Assembly: GCA_002104945.1 (NCBI GenBank)
Contig: MCFH01000082.1
Coordinates: 120,886 to 184,885, forward strand
DNA length: 64,000 nucleotides
DNA from: Piromyces finnis finn
Lineage: Eukaryota > Fungi > Neocallimastigomycota
Reading direction: 5' to 3'
Notes under the pieces: model-generated
The model's database searches: none
Seen by the model: only the letters and a program-made list of their open reading frames with translations
Told to the model about the DNA's origin: nothing
In this document: positions 1 to 10,391 of the stretch, in pieces
Layout: each line of letters starts with the position of its first letter
Position numbering within the stretch: the first letter of the stretch is position 1
Translations under genes and position numbers: made by a program

Positions 1-111
1 GTTCAATACCTAATTAAATGGAAAGGATATCCGATATCTGAAGCATCTTGGGAGCCAGAAAATAATTTGAATTGTCCAGAGCTACTTAAGGAATTCAACG
101 AAAAGAAATGA
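1..111 (+). CDS. C-terminal chromodomain of a chromovirus (Ty3/Gypsy) integrase, partial (element F)
   Basis: Frame 1 reads [36 protein letters not shown], a canonical chromodomain (YLIKWKGY...SWEPENNL); followed by a PPT and LTR. Confidence 0.9.
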   Translation, partial: VQYLIKWKGYPISEASWEPENNLNCPELLKEFNEKK

Positions 112-378
112 TTTCAACGGAAACTTTATTTTAATTTATCTTAATTTTATTTTTAATTTTATTCTTAAAAAAAAAAAAAAATTTTATTTTCTTAAATTTT
201 AAATTTACTTTAAGCATGTATTTAATATCAAATGTATAATATAAAAAAAATTATTTTTATTGTAATTCAATTAGTATAGTTTAAGTATATAGTAGTTATA
301 TAGCCTAAAAAATTAATTTAATAAAACATAAAATGAACCCAAAGATTCGTCTGGTATCCGAATCCTGGAGGAGGACCA

Positions 379-898
379 TGTAACGAATCTATTAGAAAAT
401 TAATATTGTCTTAATGGTTAGTATTTAAGACATTAATCTGGATCACTCGGGTTCGACTCACACCTTGATCCAAAATTTATTTTAAATTATTTATTTAACA
501 ATTTAATTTATGACTCATAGAAACTTATAGAACTTATTCGAAAAAGAATAAGTTCGAATATTCGAAAAACTAAATATTTTATGTATTTTTATCACGAGAT
601 TCATTTTATGTAATTTTTAATTAATTTAAAGAATAATTTAGAAAGAAAATTTAATTTTTAATTTAGCCACATCAGATTTAGAAAAAGTATAAATAGAAGT
701 GATGTGAATCAAAAATTAAATAGTTGTGTTTTTATTAACTTTTAAATTTAAATCTTTATTTTTAAAAAATTTAATAATAATAAAAAATTATTTTAAATAA
801 ATAAATTTATTGACTTATAGGGAATACAAAATTTATTTTTCTATATAAATATTATTAATTCCTACATTAATAAATTCTTTATATAGAATCGCGTTACA
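379..898 (+). mobile_element. 3' LTR of chromovirus F (520 bp), inserted into the RNase H of element A
   Basis: PPT GGAGGAGGACCA at 367-378; termini TGTAACG (379) and CGTTACA (898); at 899 the sequence resumes in frame as RNase H motif TDHKPL. Confidence 0.85.
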
Positions 899-3034
899 AC
901 TGACCATAAACCTTTAGTTGGCTTATTTAATAATAAAGAACCAAATAATGCTCGTCAAACACGCTGGGTTACTACACTTAGTATGCTCAAGGTAAAAGTC
1001 AAATATGAACAAGGAAAGAAAAATGTAGTCGCTGATGCATTATCTAGACTAATACCAGACAATAAAAATGATATAAAAATTTCACTAGCTACCTTTAATA
1101 ATAATGATGGTGAAACTACTAAAAATAATATTTTAAATTCAAATAAAGATTTTTACTCTAAAAATAATGAAAATATAGTTTATTCTTGTAATTTTAATAA
1201 TTCATGTATTAATGATAATGAAATAAATAAAAATAACAATATTAATCCTTATATTGATAAAAATATTGACTTAAATAAAAATTCTTGTGTTAATGAAAGT
1301 GTAAATTCAATTAAATATTCTAAACTTAATAATGTTGATTTAAATAATTATATCTCTACTAATAATAATTCACATGGAAGTAAAAATATAAATATAAATT
1401 TTAAAAATGATATTGATAAAAGCAAGAATAATAATTATTTTAAAAATAATGAAATAAATGAATTATCTGAATATGATAATGATATTGTTTATAATGAAGT
1501 AATGAATAGTGATATCAATGTCTTAAATGATACTCGCAACTTAAATAATAAAATAGATATAAATAAAAATGATTTTCCTAAATTAAATGAAAATATTACA
1601 ACTAGTTATAATAATTCTAACATCCATAATAATCATAATAATATTCATTCATATGATCCATCTAATATTTTTAATATTGATAAAAATAATTATTTTAATA
1701 TAGAAAATAAAATAAAAACATCCTCAGTCCCATCTGAAAATGGAAAAGAAGAATTATTAGATAATGATACTGACTCAGAAGCGGTTCTTGTAACTGACAC
1801 ATCTATTGATACTAGTGAAAATAATTCAAATGAATATCCAGGAAGTAATAAAATTAAAGAATTTCTTAAAAAGAAAATTATCTTAATAAATGGAATAAAA
1901 TATTATAAAGATGGAGACAATATCAGAAAAGTTGTTGAAGATAAAGAAGAGAAAATAGAATTACTATTAGCTGCGCATTCAATAGGTCATGAAGGATTTT
2001 ATAAAACTTATAATAGACTGAAGAAAAGTTATTATTGGAAAAATATGGCTAAAGATGTAGAACTACTTGTAAAAACTTGTCATGATTGTCAATTAAAGAG
2101 ACCTCAACCTATTAATAGTGGTACTGAATCATTTGCTACAAAGCCAGGTCTACCATTCACTAGAGTTGGTTTAGATATTATTGGACCACTACCAATAACT
2201 AAAAATAATAATAAATATATAATAGTACTTGTAGACTATTTTACCAAATGGGTTGAAGCTGAACCTCTAAAATCAATTGAATCTACGGATGTTATAAAAT
2301 TTCTTACAAATGTATTTTCTAGACATGGTACTCCAGAAATATTAATTACTGATAATGGTTCACAATTTACTTCTGATGCTACTAAAGGCTTTCTTGATTT
2401 ATATGGTATATATGTTCAATATTCTAGCACTTATCATCCAGAAACAAATGGACAAGTAGAAAATCGTAACAGAGAAATTGTTAAAAATATTCGACTATTA
2501 GGAGACTCAAATAAAGAATGGGACGAAGTTCTTCCATCGGCTTTATGGGCTCTACGTACTTGTAAAAATGAAGTAACAAAATTTTCTAGCTTTGAATTAT
2601 TATATGGTCGTACTGACCTTCAACCATTTGAACTTATGATAGAATATAATAATAAAAATGAATATGAAACTCCAGAAGAATATTTAATAAATAAATTTAC
2701 TACACATTGGGAATGGATTATTGAAGTTACCAAAAATATTCAGAATGCTAATAAATTATGGGAAAATAGAAGAAAACAAAAAGCTTCAATGAATACTGCA
2801 TTTTCAGCCGGTGATTTAGTACTTGTTAGAAATTTTTCAAGAAGAAAGTTAGATCCATTTTTCATGGGACCTTTCCGTATTATTAAAATGGAATTTAATA
2901 CTGCTACATTATGTGACCCTATTAGTGGTGCAATAGCTGAAAGAAATGTTCATCAAAAGAATTTAGTTCATTATCATACTTGGCACAATGAGACTTCCAG
3001 GGACGAAGTCCAAACTCAAGTGGGGGGATCTTGA
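899..3034 (+). CDS. Ty3/Gypsy pol, 3' part: RNase H end, long Asn-rich spacer, integrase without chromodomain (element A)
   Basis: TDHKPL...ARQTRW...GKKNVVADALSR; HHCC zinc finger (AAHSIGH...CHDC); DDE core (GLDIIGP, VDYFTKW, TDNGSQF, NGQVE); GPF motif; PPT GGGGGGA just before the stop. Confidence 0.95.
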   Translation, partial: TDHKPLVGLFNNKEPNNARQTRWVTTLSMLKVKVKYEQGKKNVVADALSRLIPDNKNDIKISLATFNNNDGETTKNNILNSNKDFYSKNNENIVYSCNFNNSCINDNEINKNNNINPYIDKNIDLNKNSCVNESVNSIKYSKLNNVDLNNYISTNNNSHGSKNININFKNDIDKSKNNNYFKNNEINELSEYDNDIVYNEVMNSDINVLNDTRNLNNKIDINKNDFPKLNENITTSYNNSNIHNNHNNIHSYDPSNIFNIDKNNYFNIENKIKTSSVPSENGKEELLDNDTDSEAVLVTDTSIDTSENNSNEYPGSNKIKEFLKKKIILINGIKYYKDGDNIRKVVEDKEEKIELLLAAHSIGHEGFYKTYNRLKKSYYWKNMAKDVELLVKTCHDCQLKRPQPINSGTESFATKPGLPFTRVGLDIIGPLPITKNNNKYIIVLVDYFTKWVEAEPLKSIESTDVIKFLTNVFSRHGTPEILITDNGSQFTSDATKGFLDLYGIYVQYSSTYHPETNGQVENRNREIVKNIRLLGDSNKEWDEVLPSALWALRTCKNEVTKFSSFELLYGRTDLQPFELMIEYNNKNEYETPEEYLINKFTTHWEWIIEVTKNIQNANKLWENRRKQKASMNTAFSAGDLVLVRNFSRRKLDPFFMGPFRIIKMEFNTATLCDPISGAIAERNVHQKNLVHYHTWHNETSRDEVQTQVGGS

Positions 3035-4149
3035 TACGCTACTCACATAAAAACATGATAAAAACTAGCTGAATAAACACGACTTAACCCATAGTAACTT
3101 ATAATAAAAATAAACAATAATAACCCTTAAAGATGAATGAATAATAATTTTATGAAAATATAACCCTTTCTTTAAATAAATAATATTATCTTTATTATAT
3201 AATAAATTCTGAGTAAAAACGACCTAATAGTGATAATAATAAAATAAATTATTAAATAAAATAAATTATTAAATAAAATAAATTATTAAATAAAATAAAT
3301 TATTAAATAAAATAAAACGACTTAATCCAATAATGTACTAAAATAATAAAATAATAATAAATAAATAAAAATGAATAAATAAACTAAAAATAAAATGATA
3401 TACATCAAATTATTAATTCTAGTGTTTATCCAAGTGTTCTTTAGAAATACTCTTAAACTTATAAATTAAAAAAATAACTAATTGAGTAATTATTACTAAA
3501 ATGATAAACTTAAAACCTGGAAATAGAACAATAATAACAATTCCAAAGATAAAATACAGAACTCTTTTATGTTTCTGTATAAAATGAGTGTTTATAATAA
3601 TTGATACTTTTAATATTTTAATTTTGTTAAATTTTTATTTTAATTTTATTTTAATTTTATTTTAATATTATTTTAATTTTAAATTTTAATTATTTTATTC
3701 AAGGTATTATACATTTAATGATAGTCAATGATAATTTATAATAATTTTTCTAAATTTAAACATTTTGAAGTAATAAGAAAATCAAATAAGTAATATTCTA
3801 TAATATTTTATAATACTAAGACATAATTTTAATTTATTCTTTTAATTTTAATAAATAATAACAATAATAATAATAATATTTAATAGTTAAAAATAATAAT
3901 GCATGTAATAAATGAAAAGGTATAAAAAGAAGATAAAATTCTTCTTCATAAAAATCGGACAATAAATAGAGAATAAAAATAAAGAGATATAATAAAGCAT
4001 AATTAAAGAGTTTATTTTAAGTTTTAAAGAGATTTATTTGTTAATTATAAAAAGTATTTTATTTTAAATTTATGGCTTCATCTAAATCTTAGAATTTATT
4101 ATTTATTAAAAATATTATATTATTCAAAAACATATCGGCTAACGCATCA
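3032..4149 (+). mobile_element. 3' LTR of element A (1118 bp)
   Basis: Starts TGATACGC after the PPT and ends ACGCATCA; an inverted homolog lies at 40276-41418. Confidence 0.85.
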
Positions 4150-4155
4150 TGAAAA

Positions 4156-4810
4156 TGTAAGAAATAATACTTATTCTTAATTGAATAATTACTATTTCAT
4201 AGTATTTAATAAAAATTTATTTAGAATATTAATTTTATATACACTAATATAAAATATAAATTTTATGTATTTATTATATTTTTATACATTTAATTAATAT
4301 CATAAATTTATTTAATCATTAGTCTTTATGTACATTTAATTAATACGAATTATTTATTTACATATTATTATTTTATGCATTTAATTATTATAATTAATAT
4401 TCTTTATATCTATCCTTTTAAAGGATTAATAATTATGTATTAATTGTATTTTAATTATTGTATTATGGATAAAATAGGAATTAGTATTTTAAGATTTTTT
4501 CCGATTGCGTTTTAATTTACAAGATGATCAATATGATTAGAATATTGAAACAAAAAGATATTCTAATCAACAATAATTAATAATTAATAATAATTAATAA
4601 TCTCAAACTCTGGTTAATTCTTGGTTGTTTATTATAAATCTTTATAATAAACTCAATAAGTCTTTGTAAATTTTTATTTTTTTATTCTAATTCGTTATTA
4701 AATTATTATAATTTATTATTATTATATTACTACAATATTGATAAGTAATATTATATTATATTGTAGTTAGTAGTTTTTTTTAATTATTATAAGATATTAC
4801 TACAGAAAAT
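4156..4810 (+). mobile_element. Remnant of a family-G-like LTR adjacent to LTR A
   Basis: Start TGTAAGAAATAATA and internal blocks (~4477-4550, ~4625-4660) match the reverse complement of 43239-44903; right boundary approximate. Confidence 0.55.
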
Positions 4811-4911
4811 TTTACATACTATTTTTTATTTAAACGACTGGTAGAGTATGATGTTTTTTTTTTATTAAAATGAAAAAGTACGCTTTAAAGGTAAAAAAAA
4901 ATATGTATTTT

Positions 4912-5280
4912 TCAAATGAATTTTTCAAATTTCAAAATATAGAGTAAACCATTTTCATTATTACGTTGACTGAAAAAATTTAGTAGCTGGACTATGGAAT
5001 CATAATGTTTAATACGGATATCTCTAAATGTTGGACAATCTAATAACCAATGTTTAATACGGATATCTCTAAATGTTGGACAATCTAATAACCAATGTTT
5101 AATACTTTGAACACCACACTTGCAACATGGACAATAGTTAGGACAAACTGAATCAACAAATTTAGCAGCTTTGGCAACTCTAGCATCCAACTTGTATCCG
5201 CTTCTTGCTTTCAATAGCCAGTAGAAGCCATAGGCAAACTCTGAGTATTCATAACATAATTTGATAAAATCAACTTAATA
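4912..5280 (-). pseudogene. LINE C-terminal domain with CCHC zinc-finger motif and a 45-bp tandem duplication
   Basis: Frame reads DFIKLCYEYSEFAYGFYWLLKARSG...CPCCKCGVQSIKHWLLDCP; 45-bp unit duplicated at 5004-5048 and 5049-5093. Confidence 0.75.
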
Positions 5281-7706
5281 CCATTATTGATAAGTGATAT
5301 ACCTCGATAGTTATCACAATCTGTCAAATCACCCTTCTTAGGAATAGAAACAATACTGGATTCATTCCAAGAGCTGGGGAAATCTCCATCCCAAATACGG
5401 TTGAATAATTTAAGAATAAAATTTAAACCATAAGCATCATTATCTGAAGTGGTATTACCGGAAGAATTATTATCTGTAGCATTATTAGAATCATTACTCG
5501 ATGGAATTAATGCTTTGTAAAATTCAATTGGAATACCATCCGGACCTGATGCTTTATAATTTGGAGTGGAGAGGATAGCTGACTTGACTTCATCAATACT
5601 AATATCTTGGTTGATATCCCATTCATCAAGCATAGGAAGTGAAAAACGTTTATTCGTTGGTTCTTCATACCAATGCTCCAAATCAAGACTTACACCACTT
5701 GGATCTGATGCAAGCTTTTCGAAATGATCATGCCACACTTCTAGTTGTTCTTCCGTAGCAACAACTAATTCTCCATTTTTATTTTTAATTGGTTGAGCAA
5801 TAAAGAAAGAATCTTTTCCAATTTTTGCAGTTTTCTTGATCCATTTCCAGGCCTTCTTAGGATTATGACTCTTCATATACTCACATCCTGTTTTAATCCA
5901 ATGAAGATATTCTTGTTTCCTAAATTCATTACATCTTTTGTGGATGTAATCAATGAGCTTACGGTAGATTTTAATTCGTTTAATAAATTCATCTATATCA
6001 TAAATTCTTTCTTTTTTAAATCTCTTATACAACTTCATTTTGATTTTTTGAAGATTAAAAATTTGTTGTGAAATATGAAATGAAGACTTTATAACATTAT
6101 TAGCTGAGGTAATACTGAGCTCGTCTGCAATTGAAAAAGCAGTTGAAGTAAACTCTTTGGAAAGTTCATCTGTAGAAACATTAGGATCGTTGAATTTTGC
6201 TGAAAGAATTTGGAATTTATTATGACTAAGAATAGATTCCTTTTCCTCAACACATTTTAATCTATTCCATTTCAGAATTTTCTTAGGAACATTAAAGTCA
6301 TTAGAAAAATCTTCCATAGGAATAATTTTACCATTAATAAGAAGTGGCTTATGGTCTGATACAGGATAAAAATTATTTATAAATGATCCTGAGTAAATAA
6401 GATCTTTCATCTTCGAATTGATAAGAGCATGGTCAATGTCGGAAGATTGTTCACCTCGAGTCCAAGAGATAGTAGACCCTCTAAGCGGAAGAATTTCCCA
6501 ATCTCCTAATCCATTAGTTGATAACCAGTTGGATAATTTTACTTTAGACATATTAAAATCACCAACAAGAATCGATGGATGGGATGAATGAGTTTGTAAC
6601 CACAAGCGAACTTCTAACTTTGCATGATCAACATAGATGTTGTGATGACTATGAGGCATATAAACATTTCCAATCGAGCATTTGAATCTATTCCAGAGAC
6701 TAAAAGTATAAATAGAAATAATATACTTTCCAGAAAAGTTTTCAAGTGAGGCTTGACACGAATTGTGAAAACCTAAATATAAACCTCTCATTCCAGGAAC
6801 TGATTCGTCAGCTTTCTTGAAAAAGTGTCTATAGTTTCGCAAAGTAACACGACAAGGATAATCTGTATTCGATCCAGAACCATTACCAGTTTCTTGGAAA
6901 CATAAAAATAATGGTTTGAAAATAGCTGTGAAATAGCTAATACTATCTCTCTTTTCGTGATTCCACCCATTGGTGTTCCAACTAAGACAAAAAGAAAAGT
7001 TATCAGGCTTGTTGGATGAGGAAGAATCGTTGCTATTATTATTATTATCAAGGTCATCATTATTAATGGATGATGCATCAGAGGAATAAGTAGAACTATT
7101 ACTAGATGGCTGTGAAACTGAAGAACTATCAACTATTGAACTGTTATCAGAGTTGATAGAGCTATTAGAATTAATTGTTGAATGTTGAGATTGAAATTGT
7201 GTTTGCTGTAGATCTGGAATATTTTCATGATTGGAAACTTGTTGAAGATCTTGTTGAAGATCTAGTTGAAGATCGGATTGTTGATGAGATTGTTGAACTG
7301 ATTGTTGAAATGATTGTTGAATAGAATGTTGATGTTTATTAGAAACTAAAATTTTACGTTTGAGAGTGGAAAAAGTGTATTTGTGATTCCTTCTACTACG
7401 AGCTGAAAAGGAAATTGAGGTAACTGAAAGTTTCTTCTTTAACATGTGTAAGATTTTAATACAATCTTTCGATGAACCATGAACCTTGACTAAGAAAAAG
7501 TGATCATTGAAAGTCTGAAAATATTTAACACTAATAACTGAATTAAATTTATCTTCTAGAATAACCTCGAGTTTTTCCCATAGCATATTTACTGACCATG
7601 ATCGAATACCACGGATAAAGAAGGAGCGAATATCATCTAAGGGGATACCATAAGACCGGGTACCACGTCTGATATAATTCTTGTCTTTAATATAAAGGAC
7701 TGACAT
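5211..7706 (-). CDS. LINE ORF: low-complexity N-terminus, AP endonuclease, truncated reverse transcriptase
   Basis: APE motifs SWNTNG, CFQET, GNVYMP, ILVGDFN, IDHAL, SDHKPL; RT start KASGPDGIP and IPKKGD...NYRGISL; the RT core (YADD) is absent. Confidence 0.9.
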   Translation of the reverse strand: MSVLYIKDKNYIRRGTRSYGIPLDDIRSFFIRGIRSWSVNMLWEKLEVILEDKFNSVISVKYFQTFNDHFFLVKVHGSSKDCIKILHMLKKKLSVTSISFSARSRRNHKYTFSTLKRKILVSNKHQHSIQQSFQQSVQQSHQQSDLQLDLQQDLQQVSNHENIPDLQQTQFQSQHSTINSNSSINSDNSSIVDSSSVSQPSSNSSTYSSDASSINNDDLDNNNNSNDSSSSNKPDNFSFCLSWNTNGWNHEKRDSISYFTAIFKPLFLCFQETGNGSGSNTDYPCRVTLRNYRHFFKKADESVPGMRGLYLGFHNSCQASLENFSGKYIISIYTFSLWNRFKCSIGNVYMPHSHHNIYVDHAKLEVRLWLQTHSSHPSILVGDFNMSKVKLSNWLSTNGLGDWEILPLRGSTISWTRGEQSSDIDHALINSKMKDLIYSGSFINNFYPVSDHKPLLINGKIIPMEDFSNDFNVPKKILKWNRLKCVEEKESILSHNKFQILSAKFNDPNVSTDELSKEFTSTAFSIADELSITSANNVIKSSFHISQQIFNLQKIKMKLYKRFKKERIYDIDEFIKRIKIYRKLIDYIHKRCNEFRKQEYLHWIKTGCEYMKSHNPKKAWKWIKKTAKIGKDSFFIAQPIKNKNGELVVATEEQLEVWHDHFEKLASDPSGVSLDLEHWYEEPTNKRFSLPMLDEWDINQDISIDEVKSAILSTPNYKASGPDGIPIEFYKALIPSSNDSNNATDNNSSGNTTSDNDAYGLNFILKLFNRIWDGDFPSSWNESSIVSIPKKGDLTDCDNYRGISLINNGIKLILSNYVMNTQSLPMASTGY

Positions 7707-8302
7707 GATAATAAATTCTAATTAAAAATATTGAATATAAAATAAATACTAATAAAAATTATAAATATAACGTATATGGAAAAAAAATCTGTCTCTCTCT
7801 CTCTTCTTAAAAGTACTGGATAGTACAAAAATTGTTACGATGCTTTGTTTAAAGTTTCTTTTTTTGAATTCTAGTTGTAAATTTTCTTTAAAAATTCTAG
7901 TTTTGGTTTGTTGTTAGTAAATTCGAATCGCTTTTTGACACTAAACTTGTTTGACTTTACTTTTCATTAAATATTTAAATTGGTAAAAAATTTGAATCAA
8001 GAATGTCGACACCAGAAAGCTTGTGAATAGTATTTTTACATGATGTAGAGTGAATCAGTCTCTTACAAGAAACAATACAACAATAGCTACATGAATATAA
8101 AAATACAATGCAAATGCTAAAGTTGACTACATTGGATTCTTACAAGAGAAGAGTAGTACTACATGAATACATGAATAAAAGAAAAAATACAGCAACAAAA
8201 TGTATTACTCTTCTAATTAAATACTATACAAACTTACCTGAATATCAAACATTCAACTTATTCATCAAATACTTAATTCGATGAATAAAATGTTTTTTAA
8301 TC

Positions 8303-8690
8303 GCTCAGTACCATGAGCTTAATCCTAATAATTTTCCCTTAAAGACTAACCAAGCATCCATTGCGCAATGCTTGGATTTAATTCTTTCTACTCTCTCAGT
8401 ACCATGAGCATGAGTAGACCCCCTTGATAAATTCCATTATTAAATAAATGAAGGCACGTTCCTAAGAGGGCACCAAGCATCCATTGCGCAATACTTGGAT
8501 TTAATTCTTTCTACTCTCTCAGTACCATGAGCATGAGTAGACCCCCTTGAGAAACTACATTTATTAAATAAATGAAGGCACGTTCCCAAGAGGGAGCATG
8601 AGTAGACCCCCTTGAGAAACTACATTTATTAAATAAATGAAGGCACGTTCCCAAGAGGGAGCCCCTTGAGAAACTACATTTATTAAATAT
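8303..8690 (-). repeat. GC-enriched, hairpin-rich tandem repeat cassette upstream of the LINE ORF
   Basis: Two ~122-bp units (8350-8472, 8473-8594), a 65-bp sub-unit (8595-8659) and a partial unit; hairpins CCAAGCAT/ATGCTTGG, TCTACTC/GAGTAGA, GCTCA/TGAGC. Confidence 0.8.
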
Positions 8691-9167
8691 CTTCTATATT
8701 ACAAAAAAATAAAAATAATAATAATAAAAGAAACCTTTATTTTTTTTTAATTCGTTTGTTTTTTTTTTCTTTATTGCTTTATATTCCCTTTTAAACATTT
8801 TTTTTTTCTTTCTTAAATAAAAATTTTTTAAACAAAGCTATTATCATTTCATTTGTTTTTTTTTTGGTAATTGTTCTTTTTTTTTTTTTTTTAAATATTA
8901 CTATTTTATTAATTTTTTTTATTTTTTTATTTTTTTTGCTTTAAACTAATTCAATCTTTTTACTTATTATTAGACAAATGTTATATTTAGTACATTATTA
9001 AATATTTATTAATAATATATAATTTTTATTACAAATAATTTTTTATTTAAACAAATATTTTTTTTTTAAATGGTTAAAAGCTTCATACAATATTTATTTT
9101 TTAAACTTTACACCATATTTTCAACATGATTTTTAATTATTTTACGTCCATACTGGATTTAAATTAT

Positions 9168-10391
9168 TTACCAAGCCTTCTTTTGTTGAGCATCATCGTT
9201 TGGAGTACAACCAGTAATAGCAGTAAGTTCTGGTGGACATTGGACACGTTCGAAGACGACTGATGGGTTATCGGCGTTCATGAACCATTCGAATCTCCAC
9301 TTACAACCACTTTGTAAAGCAGCTGGAAGGTTGTTACAGTCAGAAATAGACTTGATACCACCGTAACGTTCACCCCATCCGCTAGTGTTACCCCATTGTG
9401 GAGTACAACCATCGAAAATACCGAAACCACCACCTGGCATTTGAATATCGAAGTGGTTTTGAGAAAGATCACCACCAGTGTTAGTAGTTTGAACAACCAT
9501 TTGCTTACCGGCAACTGGACCAGAAGTGAACTTAATCTTTTGACAAGTACAGCAAGCTTCATGGGAAGCGACGAAACCGTAAGAAACCTTGTCATTAATA
9601 GCCCATGGTTGTTGATCGTTACACATAGCAACACTACCACCATCACAGTTACTCTTAATCTTCCAGAGGTTAGAAAGATCAGTGAATTGGGTTATACCAT
9701 CCATCTTACAAGATCTAACTGGACCCTTGGCATTCTTGGTGTTTTCTTGCCATGAGCAAGAAGCAAGACAACAATCCCAGTAACGAGTAGTCTTACCAGT
9801 TTGACCAGAGAAATCTGGTGGGTTAGCTGGAACACCACTAGCACCAACAGAGCTAGTTGGTTGAGATTGTTGAGTAGTAGTTCTTTGAGTGGTTCTTTGA
9901 GTGGTTTGTTGTTGACTGTTGCAGGAGTTCTTAATACCACACCAGTTACCGTTTTCGAAACCCCACTTACCATCACTGTCAGTGTAAGTAACACTGCAAG
10001 TGTTACAACATGGGTAACTACCATTACCAGTACATTGAGAGTTGTTTTGTTGTTGACTGTTGCAGGAGTTCTTAATACCACACCAGTTACCGTTTTCGAA
10101 ACCCCACTTACCATCACTGTCAGTGTAAGTAACACTGCAAGTGTTACAACATGGGTAACTACCATTACCAGTACATTGTTGAGTAGCTTGGTTACCGTTG
10201 TTGTAACTGTAATCAATACCACACCAGTTACCGTTTTCAATACCCCAGTTACCACTGGCGTCAGTGAATTCGACCTTGGTGCTACCTGGGTTGCTACAGC
10301 AACTGTAACCTTGACTTTGAGCCCAGCAAGAAGCGCTAACCTTGGCAACAGCAGCAGCTAAAGCAATGCAAGAAGTAAAAGCTAATTTCAT
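9168..10391 (-). CDS. cel45A: Cellulosomal GH45 endoglucanase: signal peptide, 3 fungal dockerins (CBM10-like), Q/T linker, GH45 domain
   Basis: Signal MKLAFTSCIALAAAVA; three C..GY.CC...GIENGNWCG-type dockerins; GH45 motifs TTRYWDCC and GGDLSQNHFDIQMPGGG; intronless, biased codon usage. Symbol assigned by architecture similarity to Piromyces Cel45A. Confidence 0.93.
   Translation of the reverse strand: MKLAFTSCIALAAAVAKVSASCWAQSQGYSCCSNPGSTKVEFTDASGNWGIENGNWCGIDYSYNNGNQATQQCTGNGSYPCCNTCSVTYTDSDGKWGFENGNWCGIKNSCNSQQQNNSQCTGNGSYPCCNTCSVTYTDSDGKWGFENGNWCGIKNSCNSQQQTTQRTTQRTTTQQSQPTSSVGASGVPANPPDFSGQTGKTTRYWDCCLASCSWQENTKNAKGPVRSCKMDGITQFTDLSNLWKIKSNCDGGSVAMCNDQQPWAINDKVSYGFVASHEACCTCQKIKFTSGPVAGKQMVVQTTNTGGDLSQNHFDIQMPGGGFGIFDGCTPQWGNTSGWGERYGGIKSISDCNNLPAALQSGCKWRFEWFMNADNPSVVFERVQCPPELTAITGCTPNDDAQQKKAW

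Larger units (their letters stand above)
4815..8690 (-). mobile_element. APE-type non-LTR retrotransposon (RTE/L1-like), internally deleted; boundaries approximate
   Basis: Contains APE endonuclease, the start of RT and a C-terminal CCHC-type motif; no TSD found, so ends are estimated. Confidence 0.7.

Noticed and set aside
8228-8245. ACTTACCTG resembling the U1 snRNA 5' end
   Set aside because: No U1 structure follows; it is just the reverse complement of a CAG/GTAAGT donor-like site.
8385-8410. Hammerhead ribozyme core on the minus strand (CTGAGAG...GAAA)
   Set aside because: The core is not CUGANGA and stems I and II do not form; kept only as an unassigned structure.
9278-10361. Overlapping alternative-frame and antisense ORFs over the GH45 gene
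   Set aside because: Shadows of strong codon bias; no recognisable motifs.
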